Counted from the first letter of the stretch, positions 11,100 through 24,779 are shown. The stretch: 64,000 nt of DNA from Eutreptiella sp. 'Long Island Sound 2002' (GCA_964036045.1 OZ038378.1:14694001-14758000), one strand, 5' to 3'. Notes: generated by a model from the letters alone, not told the origin. Numbers and translations are program-made.

Positions 11100-14000
11100 T
11101 CAGTAGTCGCAGGCCATGTTGAGCAGGCAGCGGCGCTGTGACTCGCCATCCGTCTGTGTTGAGGCGAAGTGCAGTGGCCTGTAAGTGCCCCCCCCCCCCC
11201 CCCTCACTGCCCTGAGCACGCAGCACAGGGCCCAGCTGGGGGGACCAACAAGGTGGGTTGGACGGCTCCTCGACTGCACTGACGGCAGCTCACAGGACCC
11301 ATCAGCCGCCCAGATCAGCAGCACCGCCGCATGAATTGAGAGGTGGGCAATGACAGTGAGTCGAGGCCCCCCACCTCCCCGTCGCCGGCGGTGCTGCATG
11401 GGCCGGCCAGTGTGCAAAGTCGTCGGAGATACCATCGCGCTCCCGTTGGGGAACGTCATCGAGCACCTGAGGCGGCTCTTCTGCGCCAGCGAATCCAAAT
11501 CCCCTCCCTCTCCTTCTCCCTCCCTCTCGCCGTGGAGCTGAGAGAGACCACGATATCAAAGCACAAACAAATACCCACTGGAAGCTCCATTCCAAATAGA
11601 CAGCGGGCAGGCAGCCGAACACGGTAAAAGCCGTAGTATCCATCACAAACCCCCGCTGTCGGTCTCCGTCTCCCACTCCCACTCCCATCTCTCTGTTTTC
11701 CTGCCGCCCCCCCCCTCTACCTCTCCACTTCACTGCCACTCTCCCTCTCTGTCTCCCTCTCCCTCTCCCCTTCGCTCCCACCACAGCGTCCCTGATGGAC
11801 TGATGGATCGCGGCTCAAGCCTCCCTTACCCTCCCCCCTTCCGGCAGGACCCCCCACCCCGTCCGGGAAAGGTAAGTCACGTGCATCCACCGCCACAGGC
11901 CCTGTAATGCAAAAAGGCAGGGCCGGGCTTACTGTGAGGGTGTGCATGCTTGACAAAGGCTTCGGAACACCGGCCCCCCGGGCCTACAATATCCCGTGTT
12001 AAGCGTCGTGGGGCCCTGCGGCCCCGCACGCAACATCAGGTACCTTCAGAAATATCGATGGGCTGCTCCAGAGCGTCGTACTGAGCACTGACGATGCCGG
12101 CGCGGAAGATAAAGTTCGTAGTGCCGCTGCACCACAGCCTCAGCACCCACCTCCACACCCCCACCCGCATCCGAGTTCGTGACATCTGCGGCAGACAGGA
12201 GGCTCGGATTGGGACCAGGACTAGGACTGGACCCGTGGGACTGGGGCCTGCCCGCGCGTGCGGTCAGGTCAGGTGGTGCACAGCAGGGGCTGGGGCTGGG
12301 GCTGGGGCTGAGACCTGAGGCATGCTGAAGCAGGCCGTCACGGCACGCGGCTTGAATTGTTGCAAATCCTGAGCTCTGACCCCAACGTGCTGTGCATCGG
12401 CCGCATTGCAGTCTCACACCAGCACTGCTTCTGCAGGTTTTTTTTGCAGCTGGTTTGGGCGCTTTTCTGTGTTTGTAGATGCATCTACCCTCCACGTCAC
12501 CATTGAAGATCTGCATGTTTGTCCGGGCGTGCCGCGGCGTGTACAGGCCTCAGGTATATCACAATGCATTGCTTCGTACGCGCCTCTGCCTTGACTCAGG
12601 GTGCACCCTCGGAACCTCCAGAGGCAATTGTCATGGACTTGCCGCAGGACAGCCTGTGCTCCCTTTACCCCACGGCGAACCTGGAGCTCCTGGAGCGGCC
12701 AGCACATTGTCCTGCACCACAGGTACCTCCGGGAGCACTGGAGTGGTGGTGGGGGGTGCACACCACAGTGCGCCACTCGTTGCGGAGGTTGCAGGCTTGC
12801 GTCTCGTTTTGTGAGAAGGCCACGTCCTTCGTCCGCAGGGTGCGCCCGATGAACCACCGGGCAAGTGCACTGCCCTCTGCAGACGGAGTGGAGCGGCATG
12901 GGTACGCCCGGGGCCCACAAGCGCAGGATCCGAAGAAGAGGAGAGATCCGGTGGTGCCCCTGGCGTTCCGCAGTCAAGAGGAAGGCTGGGCCGGATCCTC
13001 AGAAAAGCGTCGGTCAAACGCCTGTGAACTGAGCTCCTTCGCCAGCGGTGCTCCCAGTGCGGCCCATTTCCAAGGCTTTTTCAGACTTTGCCGCGCCAAA
13101 CCGGGCTCAAACTGGGCGCCAAACACCTATCTGAGCATCCCAAGAGGTCTGGGAACAACTGGGGGCGGGGGGGTGTCGTTGTGTGTCATATTTCGAGGGT
13201 GTTGGATTCTATCGGCTGCCGGATCTGTCAGGTCCAAAAATGGGGCAAAGCATGTATTAGGAGAGGGGGATGGGAGGGGGGTCTGGCCTGACCCCCCTCC
13301 TGCCATAACTGTCAAACGCTGGAGGGTTCCGGGTGCTTCTTGTTAATTCCTGGTGGCTTCCAAATGGTCGCTGTTACTTCCAGGCCGCTTCTGGATCGTT
13401 GCTGACAGTTCCTGCAGGCTCCTGGAGGGCTGCTGTTATTTCTTGGGGGCTTCTGGATGATGACTGCACAGTCCTGGATGATGATGACGAAATCACAAAG
13501 AACCAGGAATGCAATGAACACTGGAGCATTTGAATATGAATGTCCAGCAAGCTACACACAGTTTTGGGGTGCAATTGTGTGCTACGGTTCTTCAACACCC
13601 TCTGCTGTGATACAGGTGTAATGCGAGCAAGGGAAGACACAGCCTTCTGTGCTTGACTGAAAGCAATGGCTTTGGCTTTGCCACTAGCACGATCTGTCCA
13701 CTGAAAATTCATCACACTTTTGATGAGATCCTTGGTGGTGACATTCATCAATCCCTTTTTCAAAACAGGAAAACGCTCCGTGCTATGGCCTGCAACAGAG
13801 CAGAAGACATGATGGACGGTGTCCGCAGCCACAGGCTGCAAGAAAATTTTTCTGGCCTGGATAGTGCATTACAAGGGGAGGGGTTCCGGGGGAAGAGGGG
13901 GTCGTTCTAATACATGCCTGGGGCAAAGTGAAAGCATTTGTTATCAACAGAGATTGGGAACCAGTCCTTATATTGCAGATGAGAGTGAGTGATGACTGAC

Positions 14001-16263
14001 GGGGATGCAGTAGAGACCCTGGCAGAAATACCACTACAGTGCCGGTGGCAACGCACCTCAAAGTGAGGCATAGCTCAGGAAGTGATTTTCATAAACATGA
14101 CTTCGATCCTGATCAACCGTCAGTAATATGACGGCCATGATCAACAACATGCTGGCAGCCATGATGCATCATGATTGGCCGCCATGATGCATCATGATCC
14201 ACCATCATGGTCTACAATCAGCCCCTGCATGATGCCTGCCCTCCTCAAACGTACCACCAGATGTCTTCAGTGGTCTCTTGTCATTGGCCTCTGTCATTTA
14301 CTCTCTAAAACCTTTACCATGCGCCCCATAGGGATGAGGCCATCAATGCATGCCACTACATCTGTGCAATCTGAACCGGGGGGCGGGGGGTCAGTGAAGC
14401 CCCCAATCAGGGATTGGCTTGCCCTTCCTGAATCACCCACCCCGTCACCTGCACAGGCATCGCGGGACGGATCTTTGGGGCGGACAGCGCCTTGCGACAC
14501 GCTGCGCATCATCCGCTTTTCGGTCTGGATGGCTTTGCGTTGCTGCACGAAAGGAAATGAATGCATTGGGGGGACATCGATGGGACTTGGCGCCCGTCGC
14601 GGCAGGCATGGAGCCATGCAGAAGCGGGGCCCAGAGGTCCCAAGTTCCACAAAGTCACGGGCACACAATGCGAAACGGGTGGAATCACGGGCAAGGGCTG
14701 TTTGGAGGCGGGGAGGGGGCTGCCACACCCCATTGCAGTGCCAGTCATAGAGTGACCATACGTCATCAGACCTCATTTAAGACAGTGCATCGTTAGGTCA
14801 TGGGCAAAACACGGCAGGTTTGGGTGCGGGACAGGGGGGGCATCCTACCCACACCCACGCGCGGGGGAACGTACCTCCCCCACACACCCCAGGCAGGGCT
14901 GCGGGAAGCGTATGCTTCAGACACCCCCCTGTACCGCTGCAGCACAAAGCGGGAGCGTAAAGCAAATGTCAGCCATGAACATCATCAGTGACACGGCATC
15001 GGCGTCTTTCACAGAAAAAAAAAAAAGACACTCAGAAACAGCTGCCCTGTCCTGTCCCCTACCCCTATGAACATCTCTCGTGCTGCGTGCACGCTGAGAG
15101 GGGGGGGGTGTCAGCAGGGACAGAGGGCGCAGGACAATGCCAAAAAGAAAATATAATGGATGATATGATAGTGCAAAGAAGAGAAGAGGACAGCGATTGC
15201 ATGTGATGAAGGCGGAGGGGGAGGAGGGTTGCAGCTGCCCCCCGGGCCACACAGACACATGGTTTGTGTGTGTGGCATATGGGACACAGGCTCTTGACTG
15301 CTCACAAGTCCCTGCAAAATGAAACCGCCTCTGGGACTCGGAGAGGGGCGCCGATCACTGGACAAAATTCAGCAGAAAGAGGCCCCTTCCGCGGCCCACG
15401 AACGACTTATCGACAGAGTACGTCACACCCGGCGGCCTACGAGCCAGTGCCCTCCCTGACTGCCGATTCGGGCAACTTCTAGGTGCTCCGAACACTGACA
15501 CATGGGCAAACTCAGGCGTGAGGGGCCCCCTCAGCGGCCGTACTAGTAAAACCGATGGATTGCACAAGGGGTTGCAGGAGAGGGGGGGCAGGACAGAGAG
15601 GGTGAAAGGGAGCGGTGTGACATCGACTGCCCCCCCCCCCCCCAAAGAAAAACACACAAACACACACGGCAGCGGGAGGAGAGGGTTAGGGTCATGGCAG
15701 ATTACCGTGTAATACAACCTGTGCGCAGTGCGATGTCTTTTCAGTGATCCGTTTGTTGAGATCAGCTGTGGGGGAGGGGGATGGGGGGGGGATGGGGTTG
15801 TGGGTGAGAATTGAATGCATGTCCCAAGGCTCACGGGTGCAGCACAGCGCCCAAACGGGAGGTACAGCAATACACACCTGCGTAGACCCTTGAGTCAACG
15901 CCCGCAGCACGTCGGCCTTCTCGTGCACGGACCACGCCTTTTTGGCCGCCGGCAGTCCGCAATAAGTCGCGGATCGATCGAATGCAGCGCTGTGCACGAC
16001 GCAGCACAGTGCTCAGCCCTCCTCTTACGCAGCGCAGGGGGGGGGGGGGGGCAAAAACACCGCAAAGCACCGCCCTGCGCGGCGCTGTGTCTGTCCCGTG
16101 GGCCCTGAACATGCGCTCCGTTTGCCTGCCTTGCCTTGTTGCTCTTCCCTGGCCCGGATTGGCCCCGGTGCGATGGGGGACGGGCATCTCTCGGCTTTGT
16201 GTTGCCTTGGCTTTGCAGCTGGGCTTGTGGGGCCGATACTCTCTCTGCTCCCTTCTTGTGCAT
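11100..16263 (-). CDS. Uncharacterised multi-exon protein with an HTH-like segment (tentative model)
   Basis: Phase-consistent GT-AG chain: 16263-16061, 15989-15878 (GLPAAKKAWSVHEKADVLRALTQG), 14542-14449, 13789-13378, 12959-12669 (ARWFIGRTLRTKDVAFSQNETQACNLRNEWRTV), 12126-12044 (GTTNFIFRAGIVSAQYDALEQPIDISE), then about 11563-11375 and 11181-11100 (or a stop at 11302). Most exons are GC3-rich. Start and 3' exons are ambiguous. Confidence 0.45.
15014..15038 (-). other. Euglenid spliced-leader-like sequence (SL relic)
   Basis: Minus strand reads TTTCTGAGTGTC-T12-C. The Euglena gracilis SL is ACTTTCTGAGTGTCTATTTTTTTTCG (established knowledge): 13 nt identical, then the T tract. Confidence 0.55.
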
Positions 16264-17931
16264 GTTCTTGATGCCAATGCCCTGGGCGTGCTTCTCATCG
16301 CGTACCTCTCGCCGGTTTAGTTGCCCTTTTTTGTTGCCTGCCCTCTGTCGGCCCTACCCAATGGAGTTGGTGTGAGTGGCGGCGTCCCTCGACGCTCAGA
16401 GTTTGATTGATTGCTTGATTGATGGGGTCTGTCTTGGTCTTTGACAGGCCTCAACTTGCACATGATGAGACGCCTCGGTATTGTTACTGGTCTGATGGTC
16501 TGTCTGTTTGTTTTGTGCTGCTGGCCCCTTCAGGCGAAGGGTGTACATTCCCGGGGCGCATCAGAGGGCACACACAGGGCGCACAGACGACAGACAGACG
16601 ACAGACAGTACAAGGCATACACGAGGCATACACAGGTGGCGCACGGGCCTACAAAGGGCATACACAGGGCATTCACCGGGCATCAGAGGGGGCTTTCACA
16701 GGGCATACGAAGGGGATTACATGGCATACTGGGTACACACAGGGCAGTCGTTGGGCGGGCAGTCACAGATCATTCGCGCGGCATAAACAGGGGACACTGG
16801 GCATCCACATGCGCGTGTGTGCCCTAAGAAGGGCCCTGCATGCCCTGCGAATGCACTGATGCACTATGAACGCTGCGTGCCCTGTGTATCCGGTACGGCA
16901 CATGTCGCAGGGAGTTGACCCCCCGACAGCCAGTGCACAGGGCGGACAGCGGGATTCACAAAGCACACAGACGGCGGTGCCCACAAGGCGTACACAGAGC
17001 ACACGGAGGGCCTTCAATGGGTACTCGGCGTGGACAGGGGGGCACCGCGTGCACGGGGCACACAGACAGACCGAGGTCCGGCCCAAACACACACCCGGGT
17101 TGAGGACGCTCCGCCGTGTGCCGCGTGGGTGTGGACGTCGGGGAGATGGATCGGCTGCGCAGAGGGCTGCGCAGAGGGTACGCCCCAGTGTTGGGGGAGT
17201 GCAGAGCATGCACGTCGGACATGGGGGACACCAGCCCCAGCGGTGCCAGCGAGGCAGAGGTGGGGCTGCGCTGGCTGTCATCGCACCTACACAGGGCGTG
17301 AGATCGTGTTGGGCGCTGCAGATCTGAAGGCTCGGGTCTGATCTGTTGGAGACCCCTGTTCCCTGGGTCGCTCATGACGTCGGATGGGAGGCCTGCCTCG
17401 GGAGCCCTCACGCCATGTGTGGTCTGTGTTCTCTGGCGGCATCACAAACGAGAGATTCCTCGTCCTCGTGCTCATCACAAGACGCAACGGATACAGAGAC
17501 AGAGCCTGGAAAATGGCAGGGGCTGTGAACGAGTGGACCTCCCGCCACATGATGTACCCCCGTCTTGGACGTCTCGTTGCAAAGCCCAAATCAGGTATGG
17601 GTGGGGGGGGGGGGCTGTGTGATTTGGAGGTGAGGTGTGTGCTCTTGCCGTGGCTGTCCTGTTGCCCACGCTCTCTTGCTGTGCCCTAACCCACACGTTT
17701 ACAAAGCGTTGGCAGCATCTGGGACTCAACGCACAGGCCCTCGATCGAGAACATGTTCATCATGTTCTGGATTTGGTTCACGCGGAGTGGGGGGCCTCAT
17801 GGAAATGTATTCTGAGGTGTGCATGACCAATCCAAAAAAACGTCAAATCGATGTTCAGCCTGTGACTCTTTGACCTGAAACGATCCTTGCGATATGCTTT
17901 CGACTGCCTCCTCCCTCTCCACCTACCTTCA

Positions 17932-18150
17932 GGACAGGGTTAACAACACACACACCCTCTTGGGCGAGGTGTATGTGAAGGTCCTGAGGGTCTTGGCATT
18001 GGACAATGGCTCCCGGTGAGGGACAGGGGCATGTGAAGGGGGGGGGGGGGGAGGCTGCACCCACCCACCCACCTGCTCCTCAAACACCGACGCTGCCACT
18101 CCAGCCCCCAATGATGAGCTAGCCCGGCTACACGACTACATTGCCAAAAG
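17932..18150 (+). repeat. Direct repeat copy A (219 bp)
   Basis: GGACAGGGTTAACAACACACAC...GACTACATTGCCAAAAG is near-identical to 20866-21104. Confidence 0.95.
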
Positions 18151-20865
18151 ACCTCAGACCTCACGGGCAGCAGGTCCCTCAGCCCTCACCAACCACAACA
18201 ATAACTTACGCCAAATTTTCCCACTCCGAAGGAGCAGGGCATTGCTCAGATACATCCATATCTGAGTCCTCGGATGTATCTGAGCCATCAACCTCAAAAC
18301 CAACCCTTCCCCTGTCTCTGACAGATCCATCGTCCCTGAGACGATGGGAGCAAACGACATCGAAGCTGTGCAGGCTGCCATATGCCCTCTGCCCTGATCT
18401 CATCGCAGTAGGTGCCCCGGGCCCAGGCGACAGTGGTGAATGCAGCTCCAAGGCAAGTCTCAGTGCTGTGCTTGGGGAATTGGATTCGTGTCCCTCTTTC
18501 AGGGACTCTCCCTGCGGTGGTTCCTTTGAGGGGCGGGAGGGGGTTTCAGGTCGATTGCAATGGGCAGAGGGCAGTCGGCAAAGTGCTAAGGGCAGAGACA
18601 GGCCTAGTCAGGCAGTACTGGCCACTAGTGTCTCCTAACCTACGAAGGGCATTGAATGGCGGTACGTCCAGCCAGCAACACACCCGACCCAGAGCTGCAG
18701 GGGTATGGGGAGCAGAGACGCATGGAATGCTTGCCCCACGGAAGCTTCTGGCCCCCATAGGCAGAGGCACATGGAGTACCCCCGAGTGGTGGTTAGAGTT
18801 TGGGGGGAGGGGGTCTGAGACCTTATGGTCTGTGTCCCAAAGATGGGCCGAAAATCTAACACTTGATGTTTCCCCTGAGGATTGTCCGTTGGATCTTGGT
18901 GAGGGGGGGGGGGGGTTGGACCGGGGGGAAAAGATGATTAAGGGAGCTGAGCGAAGGACTAGGTGGTTGTACTGGGGAGCGGGGTCATAAAGGCTGAGTA
19001 GACCAGGTGCAGGGGCACCTCCTTCAAAAGTTGTCATTCGAAGGCATTTATGGCGGTGGTGCCTGGGCCATGGGGCACCTGGATCCTTTCACACCATGGC
19101 CATCTCGGCTGCCGAGGGCTGCATACACACAGACTGGTGTCATCAGAATGGGGCATGGGGCCCACTCCGTGCCTCGTGCACTGTGACCTCTGCCCTGTGC
19201 CCACCTCCTATCGATCGGCCTGCCCTCTGTACCTGTACGACGTGTCCCCTACCCCCAGTCGGATAACACTGTTGAGAATATCAACACGAGCGTGTGCTTG
19301 ATAGGGCGTGGGGCATTGGGCAGAAGTAGAGGGCAGACGGCACAGGGCTCAAAGCAAGGGGCAGAGGGTAGGCACAAGGGATCGCTCCAATAGACTGCAC
19401 AGGCCTCAGGAAACAAGGCACAGGGTAAAGTGCACAAAGGCGCCTGAGCACGGGCACAGCGTCGCCGCCGCCCAACGGCCCAGTCCCCATGCAGGGGGTC
19501 AACAAGAAGTCACAATGCACCGAAGGTTGAAGAAAAAATGGTCGGGAGGTCGCTTGAAACCCTGGTCCCCAGGGGCACAGGGCAGGCGACACGTCACAAA
19601 GGACACAGGGCAGAGGGTACAGTGCAGAGGGACGGGGCCTCCCCAGGCCCGGTCTACACCGACCCTCCGCCGAAGTATCTTTGCGAAGCTCGTTGGAGTG
19701 GGGGGTTGGGGGGGCTTACGGGGGCAGACCCTGGAATCTACGCTCCAAAATGAGCCCCAGGATGGTGCTGACCATTTGGAGTCATATGTTGTGGCCCAGC
19801 TCCAGCACCAGCCCCATTCAGGCCATCCATCTTTGGAAACGCAGGGGTAGAGACCGGGGGGGTGTCATGTACAGAGACTGAGCCTCCCAAACCCCCCCAC
19901 CTGCGCAAAGGAGGGGCCATTCAGGTGGTATGCCCTCTGGCCCCTGGCTACCTGGGCTGTGTAGCATAGGATCGTCTCTGGCAGGCCCCCAGGGCAGGGA
20001 AGCACTCTTCGTACCCTGGGACCCCTCCTCACTACCTCAGTGGCTCACACAGGCCATGGGACGCTGCCCCCAGCCGACAGGCAACACCACCTGTGCCACG
20101 CGGCAATGAAGGAGTGTGGGACCTCCCCGGTCGGACCTCGAGCCCCAACCGCCCCCGTGCCACTGCAGTCGTGGGGCAGCCTAGTAGCTTGTCTTTGTGA
20201 CCTGAAGGTTGCGTTGCCCTGGCCCTTATCTCCCCTGATGGGCTCAGCCTCAGGATCCCCCAGCCTCCCCACCGGGGCCCGGAGCACCGGGCACACACTA
20301 CCCACACACAGGCACCACAATGGCGCCTCCCGCTCACCTACGCTGCGGTGTGGTCCATGGGGGCTGTCCTATTCCGCTCGGCCTTGGAACCGGACCGCCA
20401 GGATTTGGGACCAGTGCCACGCAGGGACGGACGTGCAGGCCTGCAATCCTTGCCTGTGTGAGGCCCTGTCCCAACCACACCCAACCCCGCCCCCCTGCGG
20501 TAGAGGGCAGGCGGCACAAAGGACGGCCGTCCGTGATCTACCAACAGGACATGCGAAGGACAGGGGGAAGGGGCCACACCTCAGAGTCTCAGCATCAGAG
20601 GAATACTCTTTGGAAAAGTCATCAGGCTCAGAGCTCTTAGTCCCTCCGGAGATCTGATTGACACACTCCTCAACAGAGGCCTGGCTGCTGCTGTGATACA
20701 ACTGCTCTGAGGCCTGTGATAGGGGTACGCTGTGGCCTGACGGGTCTGTGCTCAGGCTGAGGGTCGGCGGACACTGCAGCCGTGGTAGTGGGAGGGGGGG
20801 GGCGGGGGGAAGGGATGTCTGATTCATCGGCTGACTCAGTGCGCATGTGGGAGGGCAGGTGACTG

Positions 20866-21104
20866 GGACAGGGTTAACAACACACACACACCCTCTTGGG
20901 CGAGGTGTATGTGAAGGTCCTGAGGGTCTTGGCATTGGACAATGGCTCCCGGTCAGGGACAGGGGCATGTGAAGGGGGGGGGGGGGAGGCTGCTTTGGGG
21001 GAGGCACAGGACACCCACCCACCCATCTGCTCCTCAAACACCGATGCTGCCACTCGAGCCCCCAATGATGAGCTAGCCCGGCTACACGACTACATTGCCA
21101 AAAG
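20866..21104 (+). repeat. Direct repeat copy B (239 bp)
   Basis: Same sequence as 17932-18150 with one extra CA, GTGAGG changed to GTCAGG, and a ~17-bp insertion after the G run. Confidence 0.95.
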
Positions 21105-21109
21105 GGCTA

Positions 21110-24100
21110 ATGGATTGGACTGCCAATGACGCCCTCCCCACAACCAACATCACATCAGCCACCAAAGGTGCCCTCGCCCGCCCCTCCAAGCCCCTCCACC
21201 CCTACGGCGGCATTCAACTCAACAAGCCCATTGACCTCTCCATACCCAACAAGAATTTAGCCAAAGTCCAAATCTGGGCCTCTACTAGCAGTCCATGACC
21301 CCCTAACATTTTGGGCGACCACATCAGCAGCCGTCGAAGCCCTGCACTGCTCACAAGGCTTCACTTGTCTCACCAAGGACTACAAGATCCTTGATCTGGC
21401 CACTAGTACACTTGGTAGGAATGCTGCCTTACTGGCTCCCACCTGCTGAGATCATCCGCTTGCGGGTTCTTCTGCCAGACACCATGCCCTGCATGTAGGG
21501 CTAGCTTGCCTCTTACCCACTACTCCTAGCCGTATACTTGCAAACCTTGTGGACCACAGCCCACACCATCATTCCCCACACTATTACCTCCCCGACAGCC
21601 CAGTGGCCCTAGCAACAAAGTGTTCCAAGCCTATAAAGAAGAAAATCAGGTCCACGTCCTCCCACTGTTTGTCCCTCCTTCCACAACCACTGCGTCTGCG
21701 GGGACTCGACTGTTGGCTGATAGGTAGGGGTACAACTTGAAATGGGATGGGGGGTAGGGGTATGGTGCTAGCCGGTGGTGCAGCATACATTTCTTGGGAT
21801 TTGTGTGCACAGGCGGGTATGGAGGCCATGCATGTGGCGTGCACACCGTGTATGTTGTGTGTGTGGGAGGGGGGTGTCTTGTGTGTGACCGGTGCTTTGA
21901 GCCCTTGGCAGAACTGGGGAGTCAAACACTAGGCCATCTGTAGAGTTTGTGAGTTGGGCTGCACACACCTTGCCGGTTGCCTGCCGCCAAATGTACCCTG
22001 CACAGGTGCAACAGCACTTCCCTGCCCTGAAGTCTGTTGTACCAGGATGGCCACTGATGGGGGGGCTCTGAGAGCTCGCTTACTATCAAGCCCTCCTATG
22101 GGGACATCAAGGGGAATGGGTCAAGCATGTTGCATGTCAGAGCTGTTGCTGCTCATTGTTGAGCTGTTGCTTGAGGTCATGTTGTCCAGCACGACTCAGG
22201 GGAGGGAGAGCATGGGGTTGTGGGTCATAGTAGTGATGCGGAAACGGGGGGCACCTTGAGGCAGCACGCTATCGCACTCCCGCCACCTACAAAAGGAGAT
22301 CTACCAACACGTGGACCCCCTTCTTCCAGTGCTTGTGATTACCGGCCCGCCTTGCTACGTAGCGACATGATACACTCCAGTCTCGACCCCGACAACAACA
22401 ACCACCGTCACCAACTTGCCTCCCAATTAGCCACCAAACCAATACTCCATAGCAACCACGTGTGGTGGTGCGCCACATCCCCAAGCTCCCTTATCACTAG
22501 CCTTGACAAGTGCCTACAGGCTATGCTCCACTACCTCACACATACAAGGTGTATAGCAATTGCTACACCTCATCTCGGCTCGCCAAGATTTATCTCTCCC
22601 TAGGCTCTTTCTTGATGGGCATCAACAAAGGGAAGTCCCAGGCCCCACCTCTTCAAGTCCCATAGGCAAGTGGTCCTCACTTCCCCGCTCACCCACACAA
22701 AGTCCCACGCCCAAGACATTCTGATTTCCTCCTTGGAGGCCTAACGAGCCTACCCACCCATGCAATGCCTTCGCATATTGCTTGGACATCCGCCTAGCAT
22801 CTAAGGTGCTGTTGTTTCAAGTAGGCATAGCCACCGGTCTATCGGTGCATGGCATGGCAGTGGTGACCTAAAAGGATTCAGCGGATGCCTTGCTAGAGCA
22901 ACAATGGGAAGAGAGCTCCGCCCTTCACCATCTCCTCCAAGCCCCATGAGATTTGGGCCCATGCGCTATGCACTGCTAGAGACGACTCTGCATGCGACCC
23001 TTGACTTAGGACTAGTTTACTACGCCCATGGCTGGATGTTGGAACCAATGCAACATATGAGGTGATGGGTACGAGCTGGGTGAATTGGTAGTGGGTGGTT
23101 GCCTCACCCTCTCGGACCGCATCTGCGTCCCACCAAAACGGACGGGCAGACCCATTAATAACATGCCATCTCCAATGATTGTCACTCTCACATTACCCAA
23201 CCTCGCCGAGCTAGTCTCCCTCACGCGCTGTTGCACAAGAGCTAATATCGCCATTGGCAACCTAGTGCACCTCAAAAAGCTCCAACTCAACTCCTTTGAC
23301 ACACACCATGGGACCGTAGTGGCCGCAAAGACGGCACCACCACCTCCGGAATAGCCATGCAGAGCCCCATCACTAGTAGGGATCAACTTGTTGTAGGACT
23401 AAAGGGCTGCTAGTGTGGCAAACAAGCGAAGCACGAGGTCAATGACACACGGGGAGGGGAGTACAATTAGGTTTACGTAGACGGCAGAGGCCGTTGTTGT
23501 GAGTGGCAGGCTTCACCGCATACGTGGGCATGGGCCACACAATGGGAGCTCAGTTGGGCGCACAAGCTACGAAAGCACAGGGCTTGAGTGTATGCAGTGG
23601 GCAAGTAGGCAGCCGCACACAGGTGGCGCAGCAGGGTCAACCTGGGCCACCGAGCCGACCTTGCATTGTGGGTCCCTGCATAGCACATTGGAGGCACCAC
23701 ACGTCTCCTCACACACCTCAACTCCCGCACCCACACTCTCACGGCCACCGGGCCTATCAACTCATATCTAGATGGTTCCTCTCCTCTCCATTCTCGCCCC
23801 CTGGGTGCTGCTCTCCTAATGTGGAGCTCTGCCACTCGATCCCAATATTGCCCTCGACCGTGCCTATCATGATGCCGTTGCAACGTAGTACTATTTGGAA
23901 CACTATTTTACATTACGACAACTAGAAGGAATAAACCTCTATGACATGTAGTGCACCAATCCTCACCGTGAAGTGGGCATTTGCCTACCTAGTCCGAAAG
24001 TGGTAGCCACCAAGTCCATCCCCACGGAGTGCCACTTATCCCCCGTAGCCGAGCTAGTACCGCCATGTCTGCAACCAGTACCCCACATCTTGCCATTGCC

Positions 24101-24760
24101 TCCTACATGCCTAAGCCTAGGTCCACCTCTGTGGCCCTCTATTACCTACTGCTCACATTGGATGGATGGCTCGGCACTCTGCAGTGATTGTCCGCTCTAT
24201 GATTGCAATTGGGGTGGCCACTACATCCGCAATGACATATTTGTATGTATGTCACTCACACTCTTAGGCTCCAGTACACAAGGAGCCCCCCCCTCCCATA
24301 TGTACCTAGGCTACGGTTGCCACATTACTAGAAGCCCTAGGCCAATCAACCCCAACCCTCATTTTGACATTGGTGGCAAGGGCCATGGTGGCTTGCCTGC
24401 CATGCGCCACAACAGTGCGGCCCCAAAGCCACCAAACGTTATCTTAGAGTACTCTGGTGAGGACCCTAGCCGCAAGCTAGCTACAGCCAAACTAGTGTGT
24501 GGCCTTCAAGAGGGTGCCGTGTTTTGTTCTGTTGCAATTGTCCTTACCGGTTGAAACAGATTCCCACCGTGGTGGCCTTGGCCTATTGGTGGTATTCACG
24601 GCCTTGACTCGACCCTGCAACAGACATGTGTGCCATGATCCTCTAGCAAGGGCCTCGCCTTGCTCATCGAAGTGCAGCTTAACGGGTGTTGCATGTCCAT
24701 GGTGTTGCCCCTCATCTTGTACCAACTCAACCATCACCTAGCCTCATTACAAGGCCATGG
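21110..24760 (+). mobile_element. Heavily decayed LINE-like element (possible endonuclease plus RT remnants), interrupted by a GT-rich insert at about 21720-22260
   Basis: Broken frames give DHSP (21553, APE-like), RPINN...TLPNL, RLLTHLNSRTHTL.ATGPI..YL, TIWNTILHYDN (YADD-like) and HRGGLGLL (24565, the GGLG motif of LINE ORF2). Many stops are present. Confidence 0.5.
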
Positions 24761-24779
24761 GCGCCGAGCCCGGCGACAC

